Shown here in pieces: positions 39,131-49,994 of a DNA stretch of 64,000 nucleotides. Each line of letters begins with the position of its first letter. The first letter of the stretch is position 1. The position numbers and the translations under genes are program-made. The notes beneath the pieces are model-generated. The model was given only the letters and a program-made list of their open reading frames with translations, did no database searches and had not been told where the DNA came from. Source of the DNA: Vulcanimicrobiota bacterium (GTDB lineage Bacteria; Vulcanimicrobiota; Vulcanimicrobiia; Vulcanimicrobiales; Vulcanimicrobiaceae). The stretch lies in contig CAWAXX010000023.1 of NCBI GenBank assembly GCA_963786105.1, positions 96,001 to 160,000 of the forward strand, in the 5' to 3' direction.

Positions 39131-40831
39131 ATGACCGCTATCGGCTGGCTGCAAGCCATCGTGTTCTTTCTGATCGTCTTGGCGCTGACCAAGCCGATCG
39201 GTCTCTACATGGTGCGCGTTTTCGAGGGGCAGCGGACGTGGCTTTCGCCGGTACTGCGGCCGATCGAGTCGCTCGTCTACCGGCTGAGCGGCGTGCGCGA
39301 GGACGAGGAGATGCCGTGGTACGCCTACGCACTCTCGATGCTCGCGTTCTCGGCGATCGGACTGGTCTATCTGTACGTGCTCCTGCGCACGCAGAAGTGG
39401 CTGCCGTTCAATCCTGCGCACCTCGACAATATGGCGCCGGACCTCGCCTGGAATACGGCTATCAGCTTTCTCACGAACACGAACTGGCAGTTCTACTCCG
39501 GCGAGAGCACCATGAGCTATCTATCGCAGATGGCCGGGTTGGCATGGCACAACTTCGTGTCGGCGGCCGTGGGCATCGCGATCGCCGTGGCGATCGTGCG
39601 CGGCCTGGTGCGGACTAACATCAAGACGTTGGGCAATTTCTGGGTCGACCTGACGCGTTGCTCGCTTTATATCCTTTTGCCGATCTCGATCGTCGTCGGC
39701 CTCTTTTTGGTCTCGCAGGGCGTCCCGCAGAATTTCCACGCGTACCAAGACGCCAAATCGATCGAGGGCTTCGCCCAATCGATCACGGGCGGTCCGATGG
39801 CTTCGCAAGAGGTCATCAAGGAGCTCGGAACCAACGGCGGTGGGTTCGTGAACGCGAACTCCGCGTCGCCGAACGAAAATCCGAATCCGTTGACCAATCT
39901 GGTCGAGCTCGTGCTCATTTTTTGCTTGGGCGCCGGACTGACGTACATGTACGGCAAGATGGTAAAAGACACGCGCCAAGGGTGGGCGATCTTTTCGGCA
40001 ATGGCGATCGTCTTTTTCGTTGGATTTGCCACGGCGTATTGGGCCGAAGCGGCGGGCAACCCGATCGTCCACCATCTTGGTGTCGCCGGCGGAAACCTGG
40101 AGGGGAAAGAGTGCCGGTTCGGTGTGCCGGCGTCGGCGCTTTTTGCAACGGTTACAACCGACACGTCGTGCGGCGCCGTCAACGCGATGCACGACTCATT
40201 CATGCCGCTCGGCGGCCTCGTGCCGCTGGTCAACATGCAACTCGGTGAAATTATTTACGGCGGCGTGGGCAGCGGTCTGTACGGCATGATCGTCTTCGTC
40301 GTGTTGACGGTGTTCATCGCCGGCTTGATGGTCGGGCGCACCCCGGAGTATCTCGGGAAGAAGATCGAACGCCGCGAGGTGCAGTTCGCGATCCTCGCGG
40401 TCTTGGTCACGCCGGTGCTCTGCCTGGTGCCTACGGCCATTGCGGCCATCGTCCCGGTCGGCATCGCGACGCTGAACAACGCGGGCCCGCACGGTTTCTC
40501 GGAAATTCTCTACGCATTCACATCGACCAATGCGAACAACGGCTCGGCCTTTGCCGGCCTGGGCCCAAATCTGTTCTACAATTTGATGACCGGGGTGAAT
40601 ATGGTATTCGGACGATTTACGGTCGCCATTCCGGCACTGGCCCTGGCGGGAGCGCTCGCCGGTAAGAAGGCCGTGCCCGAAGGCGTCGGCACGTTCACGA
40701 CCCACTCGCCGATCTTCGTCGCGCTACTCATCGGCGTCATCGTCATCGTCGGGGCGCTCACGTTCCTGCCGGCCGACGCGCTCGGCCCGATCGTCGAACA
40801 TCTCTTCGTGCTTCAAGGAAGAACTTTCTAG
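39131..40831 (+). CDS. kdpA: K+-transporting ATPase subunit A (canonical)
   Basis: Canonical filters TNTNWQ, GTNGGG, TSCGAV and NNGSAF. Confidence 0.97.
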   Translation: MTAIGWLQAIVFFLIVLALTKPIGLYMVRVFEGQRTWLSPVLRPIESLVYRLSGVREDEEMPWYAYALSMLAFSAIGLVYLYVLLRTQKWLPFNPAHLDNMAPDLAWNTAISFLTNTNWQFYSGESTMSYLSQMAGLAWHNFVSAAVGIAIAVAIVRGLVRTNIKTLGNFWVDLTRCSLYILLPISIVVGLFLVSQGVPQNFHAYQDAKSIEGFAQSITGGPMASQEVIKELGTNGGGFVNANSASPNENPNPLTNLVELVLIFCLGAGLTYMYGKMVKDTRQGWAIFSAMAIVFFVGFATAYWAEAAGNPIVHHLGVAGGNLEGKECRFGVPASALFATVTTDTSCGAVNAMHDSFMPLGGLVPLVNMQLGEIIYGGVGSGLYGMIVFVVLTVFIAGLMVGRTPEYLGKKIERREVQFAILAVLVTPVLCLVPTAIAAIVPVGIATLNNAGPHGFSEILYAFTSTNANNGSAFAGLGPNLFYNLMTGVNMVFGRFTVAIPALALAGALAGKKAVPEGVGTFTTHSPIFVALLIGVIVIVGALTFLPADALGPIVEHLFVLQGRTF

Positions 40832-40832
40832 T

Positions 40833-42887
40833 ATGCTGTCTGCTCGCCGTTTGGAGCGCCGTCCCAAGGCCCGCTCGCTCTTCGACCGCGCGATCGTGGT
40901 GCGGGCGATCGGCGACTCGTTCAAAAAGCTCGACCCGCGGTGGCAGGTGCGAAACCCGGTGATGTTCGTCGTGGAAGTCGGCGCACTCGTTACTTCGTAT
41001 TTCTTCATCCGGGATTTCATCGGTCACGCCGCAACGACCGGGTTTGATTTTGCCATCGCCGCCTGGCTATGGTTTACGGTGCTGTTTGCAAACTTTGCCG
41101 AGGCCGTCGCCGAAGGCCGGGGCAAGGCGCAAGCCGATTTCTTGCGGCGGACGAAATCGGACACGACGGCGCGGCGAGTGCTCGATTCGGGGATTGAAGA
41201 AGTCGTTCCAAGTACGAGCTTGCGCAAGGGCGACCGTTTCGCGGTCGTGGCCGGCGAGATCGTGGCGGCTGACGGCGAGGTGCTGGAAGGCGCGGCGACC
41301 GTCGACGAGTCGGCCATTACCGGTGAGTCGGCTTCGGTCATTCGTGAATCGGGCGGCGACCGAAGCGCCGTCACCGGTGGTACGCGCGTGCTTTCCGACC
41401 GTATCGTGGTTCGCGTGACGGCAAATCCGGGTGAGAGTTTTCTCGACCGGATGATCGCGCTGGTCGAAGGCGCGCAACGTCAAAAAACACCCAACGAAAT
41501 CGCGCTTTCGATTCTGCTGGCCGGGCTGACGATCATCTTTGTGATCGCCGTTGCGACGCTGGCACCATTCTCGCTGTACGCGGGCAAAGCGCAGAGCGTT
41601 ACGGTGCTCATCGCGCTGCTCGTCTGCCTCATTCCGACGACGATCGGCGGGTTGCTTTCGGCCATCGGGATCGCCGGTATGGACCGCGTGATGCAGCGCA
41701 ACGTGCTGGCGATGAGCGGGCGAGCGGTCGAAGCGGCCGGGGACGTCGATACGCTTCTGCTCGACAAAACGGGCACGATTACCCTCGGCAACCGTCAAGC
41801 CGTAGAAATGATCTGCGCCGAAAGCATCGACCCCAAGGATATGGCGCGCATTGCGTATCTGTCGTCGTTGGCCGACGAAACGCCGGAAGGGCGTTCCATC
41901 GTCGCCCTCGCGCAAGAGAAAGGGTCGCGCGACGGCGAGCCGGAGGGCGCGACGTTCGTTCCTTTTAGTGCGTACACGCGCATGAGCGGACTCGACATGG
42001 CCGACGGCTCGAAGATTCGTAAGGGCGCTCCGGACTCGGTCCTCGCATGGGTTCGCGAGCAAGGCGGAACTCCGACCGCCGAACTCTTGCCGCACATCGA
42101 GCGCATCGCCCGCAGCGGCGGCACGCCGCTCCTGCTCGCGCGCAACACCGTCGTGCTCGGCGTGATTTATCTCAAAGACATTCTCAAGCCCAATATGCGC
42201 GAGCGCTTCGACCGCATGCGCGCCATGGGCATTCGGACCGTCATGATCACCGGCGACAATCCGCTCACCGCTGCCACCATCGCCAAGGAAGCAGGGGTGG
42301 ACGATTTTCTGGCGGAGGCAACGCCCGAAACCAAGATGGATCTGATCAAACGCGAGCAGGTGTCGGGTCGGCTGGTCGCGATGACGGGCGACGGCACGAA
42401 CGATGCGCCCGCTTTGGCACAAGCCGATGTCGGCGTTGCCATGAACTCCGGAACGCAGGCGGCCAAAGAAGCCGGAAATATGGTCGACCTCGACTCGGAT
42501 CCGACCAAACTCATCGAGGTCGTGGAGATCGGCAAGCAGCTGCTCATGACGCGCGGGGCTCTGACGACGTTTTCGATCGCCAACGATGTGGCAAAGTACT
42601 TCGCGATTCTGCCGGCGATGTTTGCGATCGCGTACAAACCGATGGAACTGCTCAACGTCATGCGGCTGAACACGCCGCATAGCGCGATTCTCTCCGCAGT
42701 CATTTTCAACGCGCTGATCATCATCGCGCTCGTTCCGCTGGCCCTGCGGGGCGTAAAGTATACCCCGAAGGGTGCCAACGCCGTCCTCTTCCAGAACGTC
42801 ATGCTCTACGGAGTCGGCGGAATCGTCGTTCCCTTCATCGGCATCAAGCTGATCGACATGATCCTTGGCGCCTTGCATCTTACTTAG
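40833..42887 (+). CDS. kdpB: K+-transporting ATPase subunit B
   Basis: [18 protein letters not shown] and [10 protein letters not shown] motifs. Confidence 0.98.
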   Translation: MLSARRLERRPKARSLFDRAIVVRAIGDSFKKLDPRWQVRNPVMFVVEVGALVTSYFFIRDFIGHAATTGFDFAIAAWLWFTVLFANFAEAVAEGRGKAQADFLRRTKSDTTARRVLDSGIEEVVPSTSLRKGDRFAVVAGEIVAADGEVLEGAATVDESAITGESASVIRESGGDRSAVTGGTRVLSDRIVVRVTANPGESFLDRMIALVEGAQRQKTPNEIALSILLAGLTIIFVIAVATLAPFSLYAGKAQSVTVLIALLVCLIPTTIGGLLSAIGIAGMDRVMQRNVLAMSGRAVEAAGDVDTLLLDKTGTITLGNRQAVEMICAESIDPKDMARIAYLSSLADETPEGRSIVALAQEKGSRDGEPEGATFVPFSAYTRMSGLDMADGSKIRKGAPDSVLAWVREQGGTPTAELLPHIERIARSGGTPLLLARNTVVLGVIYLKDILKPNMRERFDRMRAMGIRTVMITGDNPLTAATIAKEAGVDDFLAEATPETKMDLIKREQVSGRLVAMTGDGTNDAPALAQADVGVAMNSGTQAAKEAGNMVDLDSDPTKLIEVVEIGKQLLMTRGALTTFSIANDVAKYFAILPAMFAIAYKPMELLNVMRLNTPHSAILSAVIFNALIIIALVPLALRGVKYTPKGANAVLFQNVMLYGVGGIVVPFIGIKLIDMILGALHLT

Positions 42888-42904
42888 GACCGGACCGGAA
42901 TTTT

Positions 42905-43480
42905 ATGCTACGACATATGGGTACCGCTCTTCGGCTGACGATCGTCAGCGTCGTCTTGTTGGGCCTGATCTATCCGCTCGCCATGACCGGCGCCGCGCAA
43001 GTGCTGTTTCCAAAACAGGCGAATGGCTCGCTCGTCACCGTGAACGGCAAGGTCGTCGGCTCGTGGATCGTCGGGCAGATGTGGACCAAGCCCCAGTACT
43101 TTCAGGGACGTCCTTCGGCTGCTGGTAAAGGGTACGATCCGACGTCCACCGGCGGAACGAACCTCGGCCCGACATCGGCGAAATTAATTAAGGCAACCAA
43201 AGCCACGATCGCCCAGCTCGAAAAAGACAATCCCGACGCAAGCGGACCGCCGCCGATGGATCTCGTCACGTCGAGCGCGAGCGGCATCGACCCCGACATC
43301 ACCCCAGACGCAGCGTATTGGGAGGCACCGCGCGTGGCAAAAGCGCGTCACGTGACGATCGATTCCGTCCGCGCACTGGTCGCCATGCACCTGCAGGGGC
43401 GGCAGTTCGGCTTTCTCGGCGAGCCGCATGTCAACGTGCTCGAGCTCAATCTCGCTCTGGATCGAATCCACCCGGATTAG
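42905..43480 (+). CDS. kdpC: K+-transporting ATPase subunit C
   Basis: YPL, QANGS, YFQGRPS, SASGIDPDI and VNVLELN motifs. Confidence 0.96.
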   Translation: MLRHMGTALRLTIVSVVLLGLIYPLAMTGAAQVLFPKQANGSLVTVNGKVVGSWIVGQMWTKPQYFQGRPSAAGKGYDPTSTGGTNLGPTSAKLIKATKATIAQLEKDNPDASGPPPMDLVTSSASGIDPDITPDAAYWEAPRVAKARHVTIDSVRALVAMHLQGRQFGFLGEPHVNVLELNLALDRIHPD

Positions 43481-43494
43481 CGGACCTCCGGCCC

Positions 43495-45621
43495 TCAATT
43501 CTCCGCTAGAAGTTCGGTCCGCGTCTCGGGCGGAGTGAGAACGAGCAGCTCCCGAGCGCCGGCATCGAGAAGTTGGCGCGCAAAAGAGGGCTTCTGCAGC
43601 CATCGCGGATGGCGCGTCGTTCCGGAAACTACGAGCGTGGTCTCGGGTTTCGCGCGCGCGATTTCGAGCAAGCGCCCGGGTACGTCGTCGGCTGTCTCCT
43701 CGATGAATTCGACGTTCGTCTTACGCGCCTCGGACCGCATCGCTTCCACCGCTCTTGAATCCACGCGTTCCTTCGGGCTGGTAACGTGCGCGATCGCGAA
43801 TTCGATCGCCAGGCGTGCCGCAATGCGACCGGCGCGTGACATCGTCAGCATATCCACCGCGCGAGAGTCGACCGTCAACAAAAGGCGTTCGAACGGAGAC
43901 GGGATTCTTTCCCGGTAGCGCGCGCGAAGAGCTTCGCGCAACGCCAGCTCGCGCAGCGCAAAGAGGTTCTCGCTTCGAAAAAAGTTGCTGAGGGCCGCGT
44001 CGATGCGTTCCGGCGGGTAGATCTTCCCTTCGCGCAGCCGTTGGCGTAACGTGTCCGGCGTGACGTCGATGAGGATCACTTCGTCCGCCAGCGAGAGGAT
44101 GCCGTCGGGGAGCGTTTCGCGCACCACGGTTCCCGTAAGACGTCGCACGGTGTCGCCGAGTCCTTCGAGGTGCTGGATGTTGAGCGTCGTGATGACGTCG
44201 ATGCCGGCACGCAGAACGGCCAGCACGTCGTAGAAGCGTTTGGGAGCGATCGAGCCCGGTGCGTTCGTATGCGCGAGCTCGTCGATCAGCGCTACCTGCG
44301 GGTGACGCGCGATCAGCGCATCGCGGTCGAACTCCTTGTACGTAATGCCGTTGGCGGCGATGATCTTCGGTGGAAGGACGTTCAAGCCGTCGAGGAGTTC
44401 GGCGGTTTCCTTGCGCCCGTGCGTTTCTACAAAGCCGCCAAGCACGTCGACGCCCTCGGCTTGCAATTGATGCGCGCGATCCAGCATTGCGTAGGTTTTG
44501 CCGGCCCCGGCTGCCGCGCCGAGATAGACCGTGAGCCTTCCGTATCCGACGCGTAAACGGTCGCCGGTCGTCTGAGAGTACGGCGAGCGCGCGGGGTTCT
44601 CGCCGAGATACGTTTGCCCCGCGCCAACAATAAAGAGATCGTACGGCAGCGGGACGTTTGCAAGCTTCGCGGCCGTCTTGCCGTTGGGAAGAGCGACCAG
44701 GGCCGCCCGCAACGCCTCCTGATCCATCGTCGTCGGGTCGACCGATTCGTGCAGGATCTCGGCTCCGAGTTCGCGTGCGATCGGTTCGAGGGAAGTTCGC
44801 TCTACGCCGGGGGCCGGGGCGACCTCGAGCGCGAGATCGAGCGCCTTCGCGACCGCCGCGGTTCGTTTGAGAAACGGCGACGGATCGAGCTTCGGGTCGA
44901 CGAACGCCGCCGCCATCGAACTGCGACCGGCTTTCACCACCGGGAGGGTCAGATTGTCGACCGTGCGGAGCAGGAGCTCTCGCAGCATGTACAGCGTTTG
45001 CTCCTTGAATACGCCGTTGAGCGCGCGGTCGATGTCCTGCTCGTTGACGATCTTGCCGGCTTGGACGCGGCTTCGCAACAAGCGTGGCGACACGTCGATG
45101 GCGATCACCTCGTCGGCATTCTGCAAGAACGATAGGGGAATAATTTCGCGAACCGGGTATCCGACCAGCGCCTCGGCGGTCGGCGCTACCGTTTCGAGGT
45201 GGGCGATGTTGAAGGCGCCGATAACGCCGATGCCGCGCGCGCGCAACGCCAGCGCGTCTTGCCAACGCTTGGCGTGAACCGCGCCGCCGACATTTTCATG
45301 TGCGAGTTCGTCGAGCAGCAGAACGTCGGGTTTCTCGCGTAATGCCGCTTCGTAGTCGAACTCCTCGAAAAAAGCGTCGCCGATTTTCACCTGGCGCGGC
45401 GGGATGCGCGGCAAGCTGCCGGCAACGCGCTCGAGATCGGGTCTTCCCTTCGTTTCGATCCAGCCGATGGCTACCCGTTTGCCGGCGGCGAAGAGGCGCC
45501 GTCCGTCTTCGAGCAAACGGCGGGTCTTTCCGGACCCGGGCGCGCTCGCGACGTAGACGACGAGGCGCGCGCGGCCGCCGAGCTCGCGGAGCAGCTCTTC
45601 GGCCTTGGTGATACGGTTCAT
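43495..45621 (-). CDS. Soluble protein with two KdpD N-terminal domains, each followed by a USP-like region; no TM or kinase core
   Basis: SAPGSGKT...DELAH...NIAHLE and GAAAGAGKT...ETHGR...DELAHTN...NIQHLE...GKIY. Confidence 0.88.
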   Translation of the reverse strand: MNRITKAEELLRELGGRARLVVYVASAPGSGKTRRLLEDGRRLFAAGKRVAIGWIETKGRPDLERVAGSLPRIPPRQVKIGDAFFEEFDYEAALREKPDVLLLDELAHENVGGAVHAKRWQDALALRARGIGVIGAFNIAHLETVAPTAEALVGYPVREIIPLSFLQNADEVIAIDVSPRLLRSRVQAGKIVNEQDIDRALNGVFKEQTLYMLRELLLRTVDNLTLPVVKAGRSSMAAAFVDPKLDPSPFLKRTAAVAKALDLALEVAPAPGVERTSLEPIARELGAEILHESVDPTTMDQEALRAALVALPNGKTAAKLANVPLPYDLFIVGAGQTYLGENPARSPYSQTTGDRLRVGYGRLTVYLGAAAGAGKTYAMLDRAHQLQAEGVDVLGGFVETHGRKETAELLDGLNVLPPKIIAANGITYKEFDRDALIARHPQVALIDELAHTNAPGSIAPKRFYDVLAVLRAGIDVITTLNIQHLEGLGDTVRRLTGTVVRETLPDGILSLADEVILIDVTPDTLRQRLREGKIYPPERIDAALSNFFRSENLFALRELALREALRARYRERIPSPFERLLLTVDSRAVDMLTMSRAGRIAARLAIEFAIAHVTSPKERVDSRAVEAMRSEARKTNVEFIEETADDVPGRLLEIARAKPETTLVVSGTTRHPRWLQKPSFARQLLDAGARELLVLTPPETRTELLAEN

Positions 45622-45683
45622 CGCCTGGGCGCCTTCGCGCGGGCGGCAAGGCAGCCCCTCCGAAGCAGAGAAGGGCGCACGGA

Positions 45684-47240
45684 ATGGCCTTCCTTTGTTA
45701 CGCGTTGCTCGTCGCCGCGTGGATCGTCGACCTCTTCACGCCCCAGTTGTTTGTGGCCGCGATCCTGCTCAATGGTCCCATCGCGTTGAGCAGTCTCGCG
45801 CTGCAGAGCCGACTGACGACGCAACTGGTCGTCGCTGCGGAGATTGCAAACCTCGTCGCCGGTTACGTCAACGGCGTGCAAGCCGGGTATCGTTGGGACG
45901 GCATCGCCGTCGGCGACCGGTTGCTGACGGCCGCTTCGTTCGTTTTGGTCGGCTACTTGAGCGTCAGGACGCAGGAGTACGCGCGTGAAGCCGGAGCCTC
46001 GGTCGGGCGCATGCGGCAGGTTCAGATCGAAAAAGCGTTGCGCGAAGCCACTCGCCGCGTCCGAGAAACGCTCAACGTCGACCTGGTGCAGCGCGCGATT
46101 CTGCGCGAGTCGGTGTCGTTACTCGGATCCTCGTCAGCGCTGCTGATCGTCCGCGACTCGGCCTTCGAGCTCCCGCTCACCATGGAGCAGAAGCGCGGGG
46201 AGTCCGACACGTCGATCCAACGAGGCGCCCTCTCCACGGAACTGGCATCGCTCGCGGCGCGCGCGCGAGAGAATCCCGGCATCGTTCATCTCACCGGCGA
46301 CGATGCGCTCGGACGCCTAACGCTCGATGCGCTAGGCGCCCGCGAAGCACTGGTTACCGCGATTCGCCCGGCCGCGTCGCGGGCCGACTACGTGCTCGTC
46401 GAGTTGTGCGCTGAGGGGAGCGATTTTGCCGGCGACGCGTTAACCGCGATGCAGGCTTTCGCCGAACAGGCCGGCATCGCGCTAGAACAAGCGCGGCTCT
46501 TTACGCAGCTTGGCGAGCGAAACGAGGAGATTGCCCAGCAGAAGGACCAGCTCGCGCACCGCGCCGACGTCATTCGCGACATCGTGTACGCGCTCGCGCA
46601 CGACCTGCGCACGCCGTTGGCAGCAGCCGAGGTTACCATGAAACAGGCGCTCGACGGCGCATACGGAGGGCTGCCGCCGCGCTACGCGACCATTCTGCGC
46701 TCGACCTTGGCCGCGAACGAAGAGGAGCGCCGGATCGTGGAAACGCTCTTGCTGGTGGCGCGGTACGAAGCCGGTGAAGAATCGAACGTGCGCGAGCTAA
46801 TCGCCTGCGATCGGCTGATCGCGCGCGCCGTCGAAGAAATGCAGCCCGTTGCCGAGGCTAACGGGATCACGTTGCGCAGCGAAATCGAAGGCGGTCCGCT
46901 CACAGTCTCCGGGGATCCGAACGAGCTGCGCCGCGCCGTTCTGAACCTGATCGCGAATGCCATTGCGGCGACGCCGCAACGCGGAACCATTGTCGTGCGA
47001 GGGCGTCGCTCGGGCGGCAACGTGGAAATCTCCGTCGAAGACGATGGGTACGGCGTCCCAGCCGAACGGTCGGCGGCGTTGTTCCAGCGATTCGGCCGCG
47101 CTCGGTCGGGAAGCGGTACCGGTCTCGGATTGTACATCGTCCGAAGGATCGCCGAAAAACTTGGCGGCAGCGTTGCGTACGCCCCGCGCGAACCGGCCGG
47201 GAGCGTCTTTACACTGACGCTGCCCAGCAGTCTGGAGTAG
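45684..47240 (+). CDS. Membrane sensor histidine kinase (TM-GAF-HisKA-HATPase)
   Basis: N-terminal TM helices; FAEQAGIALEQARL; AHDLRTPL; NLIANA; DDGYG; GTGLGL. Confidence 0.92.
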   Translation: MAFLCYALLVAAWIVDLFTPQLFVAAILLNGPIALSSLALQSRLTTQLVVAAEIANLVAGYVNGVQAGYRWDGIAVGDRLLTAASFVLVGYLSVRTQEYAREAGASVGRMRQVQIEKALREATRRVRETLNVDLVQRAILRESVSLLGSSSALLIVRDSAFELPLTMEQKRGESDTSIQRGALSTELASLAARARENPGIVHLTGDDALGRLTLDALGAREALVTAIRPAASRADYVLVELCAEGSDFAGDALTAMQAFAEQAGIALEQARLFTQLGERNEEIAQQKDQLAHRADVIRDIVYALAHDLRTPLAAAEVTMKQALDGAYGGLPPRYATILRSTLAANEEERRIVETLLLVARYEAGEESNVRELIACDRLIARAVEEMQPVAEANGITLRSEIEGGPLTVSGDPNELRRAVLNLIANAIAATPQRGTIVVRGRRSGGNVEISVEDDGYGVPAERSAALFQRFGRARSGSGTGLGLYIVRRIAEKLGGSVAYAPREPAGSVFTLTLPSSLE

Positions 47241-47241
47241 C

Positions 47242-47874
47242 ATGCCACGCCCGCGCGTCGTTATCGTCGAGGATCACGCGCTGACCCGTGCCGGACTACG
47301 CACGTCGCTCGAATCGTCCTGCGACGTCGTCGGTGAGGCTGCCGACGGGCTTTCGGGCCTGGAAACCATCGTTCGCGAACGACCCGACGTCGCCGTCATC
47401 GATATCGGCCTTTCGGGTCTCGATGGGATTGCGCTAACCCAGCGCGTTCGGGTTGAAGCGCCGGCGGTCAGAATCGTCATCGTCACGATGATCGATTTGC
47501 AGGAGGAAGTCCTCGCCGCGCTGGCAGCCGGCGCCGACGCCTATTGCCTGAAAAGCTCCGAGCCCGAGCGCATCGTCGATGCCGTCAGAATCGCCGCCGA
47601 GGGGGGCGCATTTTTCGATCCTCAAATCGCGCACGTCGTTTTGGGGCGATTTTCCGGTCCGGCGAAAGACGGTCCCAGCACGTCGCCGCTCACGTCGCGT
47701 GAAACCGACGTTTTACGTTTGATCGCCGACGGCTGCGCCAACGGCGAAATTGCCGAACGTCTTTTCATCGGACTCGGTACCGTCAAAGGTCACATCCGCG
47801 ATATTTTGGCCAAGCTATCGGCTTCGGACCGCACGCAAGCCGCCGTGGTCGCGTTGCGGAAAGGATATATCTAG
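47242..47874 (+). CDS. NarL/LuxR family response regulator
   Basis: VEDH, DIG and LK receiver residues; LTSRETDVL..GCANGEIA..TVKGH HTH. Confidence 0.93.
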   Translation: MPRPRVVIVEDHALTRAGLRTSLESSCDVVGEAADGLSGLETIVRERPDVAVIDIGLSGLDGIALTQRVRVEAPAVRIVIVTMIDLQEEVLAALAAGADAYCLKSSEPERIVDAVRIAAEGGAFFDPQIAHVVLGRFSGPAKDGPSTSPLTSRETDVLRLIADGCANGEIAERLFIGLGTVKGHIRDILAKLSASDRTQAAVVALRKGYI

Positions 47875-47883
47875 CGGAAGGAC

Positions 47884-48567
47884 TTAGGAGCCGCCGAGCA
47901 TGGCGCGGATCCGCTCGGCCGCGCCGTTCTTCACGATGACGATCATCGAATCGCCTGCTTGCAGCGTCGTTTCGCCGGTGGGGATCTCGAGGTCGCGATC
48001 GGGGCGGTCTACTGCTACCACGACCGAGTTGTGGGGTAAATTCAGTTCGGCGAGGCTCTTGCCGGAAACCGGCGACTGCTCCGGTATTGCGACCTTCACC
48101 AACTGCATATCGCCTTTGCCGAACAGATGCATCGTTTCGAGCATGGAACGGTATTTTGAGGCGTTGACGCGCTCGTTGAGCACGTCGAGAATGAGTTCGG
48201 TCGACGAGATGACGGTAACCGGATCGTCGAGATCCAGCGAGTCGAACACGAGCTTGTTGGCCGGATTGTTGACGCGGGCGATGCAGCGTGCCTTGGATTT
48301 CTTTTTCGTAAGCAGGACTACAACGAGATTGTCTTCGTCGTCACCGGTATCCGCGACGACGACCTCGGCTCGGGCGATTCCGGCCGAATCCAGTACCGCC
48401 GGATCGCAGCCGTCACCGACCAGCGTCACTTGCCGATCGATCAGCCGTTCCAGGGTTTTAGCCTTGCGTTCGTCCTTCTCGACGACGACCACTTCGTGGC
48501 CCTGATTAACGAGCGCGCGTGTCAAGTACGACCCGACTTTGCCGCCGCCGACGATCAGAATAAACAT
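47884..48567 (-). CDS. TrkA family RCK protein
   Basis: IVGGGKVG, GDG and DDEDN motifs; C-terminal TrkA-C domain. Confidence 0.9.
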   Translation of the reverse strand: MFILIVGGGKVGSYLTRALVNQGHEVVVVEKDERKAKTLERLIDRQVTLVGDGCDPAVLDSAGIARAEVVVADTGDDEDNLVVVLLTKKKSKARCIARVNNPANKLVFDSLDLDDPVTVISSTELILDVLNERVNASKYRSMLETMHLFGKGDMQLVKVAIPEQSPVSGKSLAELNLPHNSVVVAVDRPDRDLEIPTGETTLQAGDSMIVIVKNGAAERIRAMLGGS

Positions 48568-48574
48568 CGGGGGT

Positions 48575-49252
48575 CTACGCCGTCATTCGCGCGGTCGGAG
48601 TCGCGCTGCCGAAACGTTGTGCGAACTCGCTAATGGCTTCCGGAGCGACGACCGCATTGACTTCATCGCCATCCTCCAGCAACATGTCGCTCGACGCGAT
48701 CATGACGCCGCCGGAGGCGCGCCGAACCGCCGCGATGCGAATGCGCCCGGAGTTCTCGATCTCGCCGACTGTCTTGCCGGCGTCGTTCTGCGTGACGATC
48801 GCCGAAATCGACGTGAGTTTGCCGAAATCGAACGATTGCAGCGAGCTCCACGGGGCTTCCATGAGGACGTCGCGGATCAGTTTTGCACCGACGGTCGTCG
48901 GACAGACCGTCTCCACGCCGAGCTCGCGGTACATCTGCCCTCGCGGCGGATCGTAGATGCGCGCGACGACGCGTTTAATTTTGAACATGCGCTGCGCGAT
49001 GAGCGCCGCCATGATGTTGCGATTGTCGCCGTTGGTGACCGCGATGAACCCGTCGGCGGTGGCCGCACCCGCTCGCTTGAGCACGTCGAAATCGATGCCC
49101 GTGCCGACGACCACGTGTCCCTTGAACTTCTGACCGAGGCGTTTGAATGCGGTTGCGTTTTCGTCGACGACGATGACTTCGTGACCGTCGGCGTCGAGGT
49201 ATTTCGCTAGTGCAGAGCCGACGCGGCCGCACCCAACGATGAGGTATCTCAT
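48575..49252 (-). CDS. TrkA family RCK protein
   Basis: IVGCGRVG, TNGDNRN and ARIYDP motifs; TrkA-C domain. Confidence 0.9.
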   Translation of the reverse strand: MRYLIVGCGRVGSALAKYLDADGHEVIVVDENATAFKRLGQKFKGHVVVGTGIDFDVLKRAGAATADGFIAVTNGDNRNIMAALIAQRMFKIKRVVARIYDPPRGQMYRELGVETVCPTTVGAKLIRDVLMEAPWSSLQSFDFGKLTSISAIVTQNDAGKTVGEIENSGRIRIAAVRRASGGVMIASSDMLLEDGDEVNAVVAPEAISEFAQRFGSATPTARMTA

Positions 49253-49359
49253 GAACGTCCAAGCCCTTTCCCAGGGATTCGACCTTTCCCCTGGGGAGCT
49301 ACCTCCGCCGCCGCAAAGGGCAGGAGGCGGGGGTGGGCTTGCGAAGCGGGAGTTTTTAT

Positions 49360-49433
<74 letters not shown>

Positions 49434-49460
49434 AATTTTCCCCGAGTCTTCCCAACCCAA

Positions 49461-49561
49461 GGAAGCGCTGATTTGTTCCAGATTGAGGAACCGAAGGCCG
49501 AGGTTTACTTATGGTAGATGAGGCCTGACGTGACGAAGAGCTGGAGCGGATCAGCGCTTCC
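49461..49561. repeat. Long imperfect hairpin, family B, copy 1 (possible structured RNA)
   Basis: GGAAGCGCTGATTTGTTCCAG pairs with CTGGAGCGGATCAGCGCTTCC (21 bp including G-U); reverse complement aligns to 53046-53126. Confidence 0.65.
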
Positions 49562-49579
49562 ACGAAGCCGGTAGCAGGC

Positions 49580-49984
49580 TTGTTTTCAAAGTTTAGCCCT
49601 GCCTCACGGCGAGTGCTGCGCGTCGCCGAACAAGAGTGCCGCAATCACAGCCATTACTACGTCGGTGCAGAGCACCTGCTGGTTGCGTTGCTCGAGGAGC
49701 GAGATCTCGCGATTCTGAAAGGCCTCGACGCGAGCGGCATCGACGTTCGCGAAGTGCATGCCGAGGTTCGGCGCGCGCTGGGGACCGGTGAAGAGCGCCT
49801 TTGGGAGGGCATCCTGGTGACGCCGCGCGTGCGCACGATCGTCGCGCTGGCCGAGCGCCGGGTAGGCGACCGCGAGATCGCGCCGATCGATCTCTTTGAA
49901 GCGCTTCGCGACGAGGGTGGTAGCCTAGCTGCAGAGATCCTGCGGCGGGCGGCACCGCGAAACACGCCTTCGGCCGCGGAGTAA
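49580..49984 (+). CDS. Stand-alone Clp N-terminal domain protein
   Basis: MFSKFS...AEQEC...YVGAEHLLVALL; no AAA domain. Confidence 0.8.
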   Translation: MFSKFSPASRRVLRVAEQECRNHSHYYVGAEHLLVALLEERDLAILKGLDASGIDVREVHAEVRRALGTGEERLWEGILVTPRVRTIVALAERRVGDREIAPIDLFEALRDEGGSLAAEILRRAAPRNTPSAAE

Positions 49985-49994
49985 ACCAGACTGC

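Noticed and set aside
41067..42878. 603-aa antisense ORF over kdpB, and many similar shadow ORFs
   Set aside because: Expected stop-poor antisense frames in high-GC DNA; no motifs
49461..49561. Calling the hairpin 6S or SRP RNA
   Set aside because: Short for 6S, lacks the SRP GGAA-loop/CAGG-AGCA motif, and has a second homologous copy; kept as unassigned
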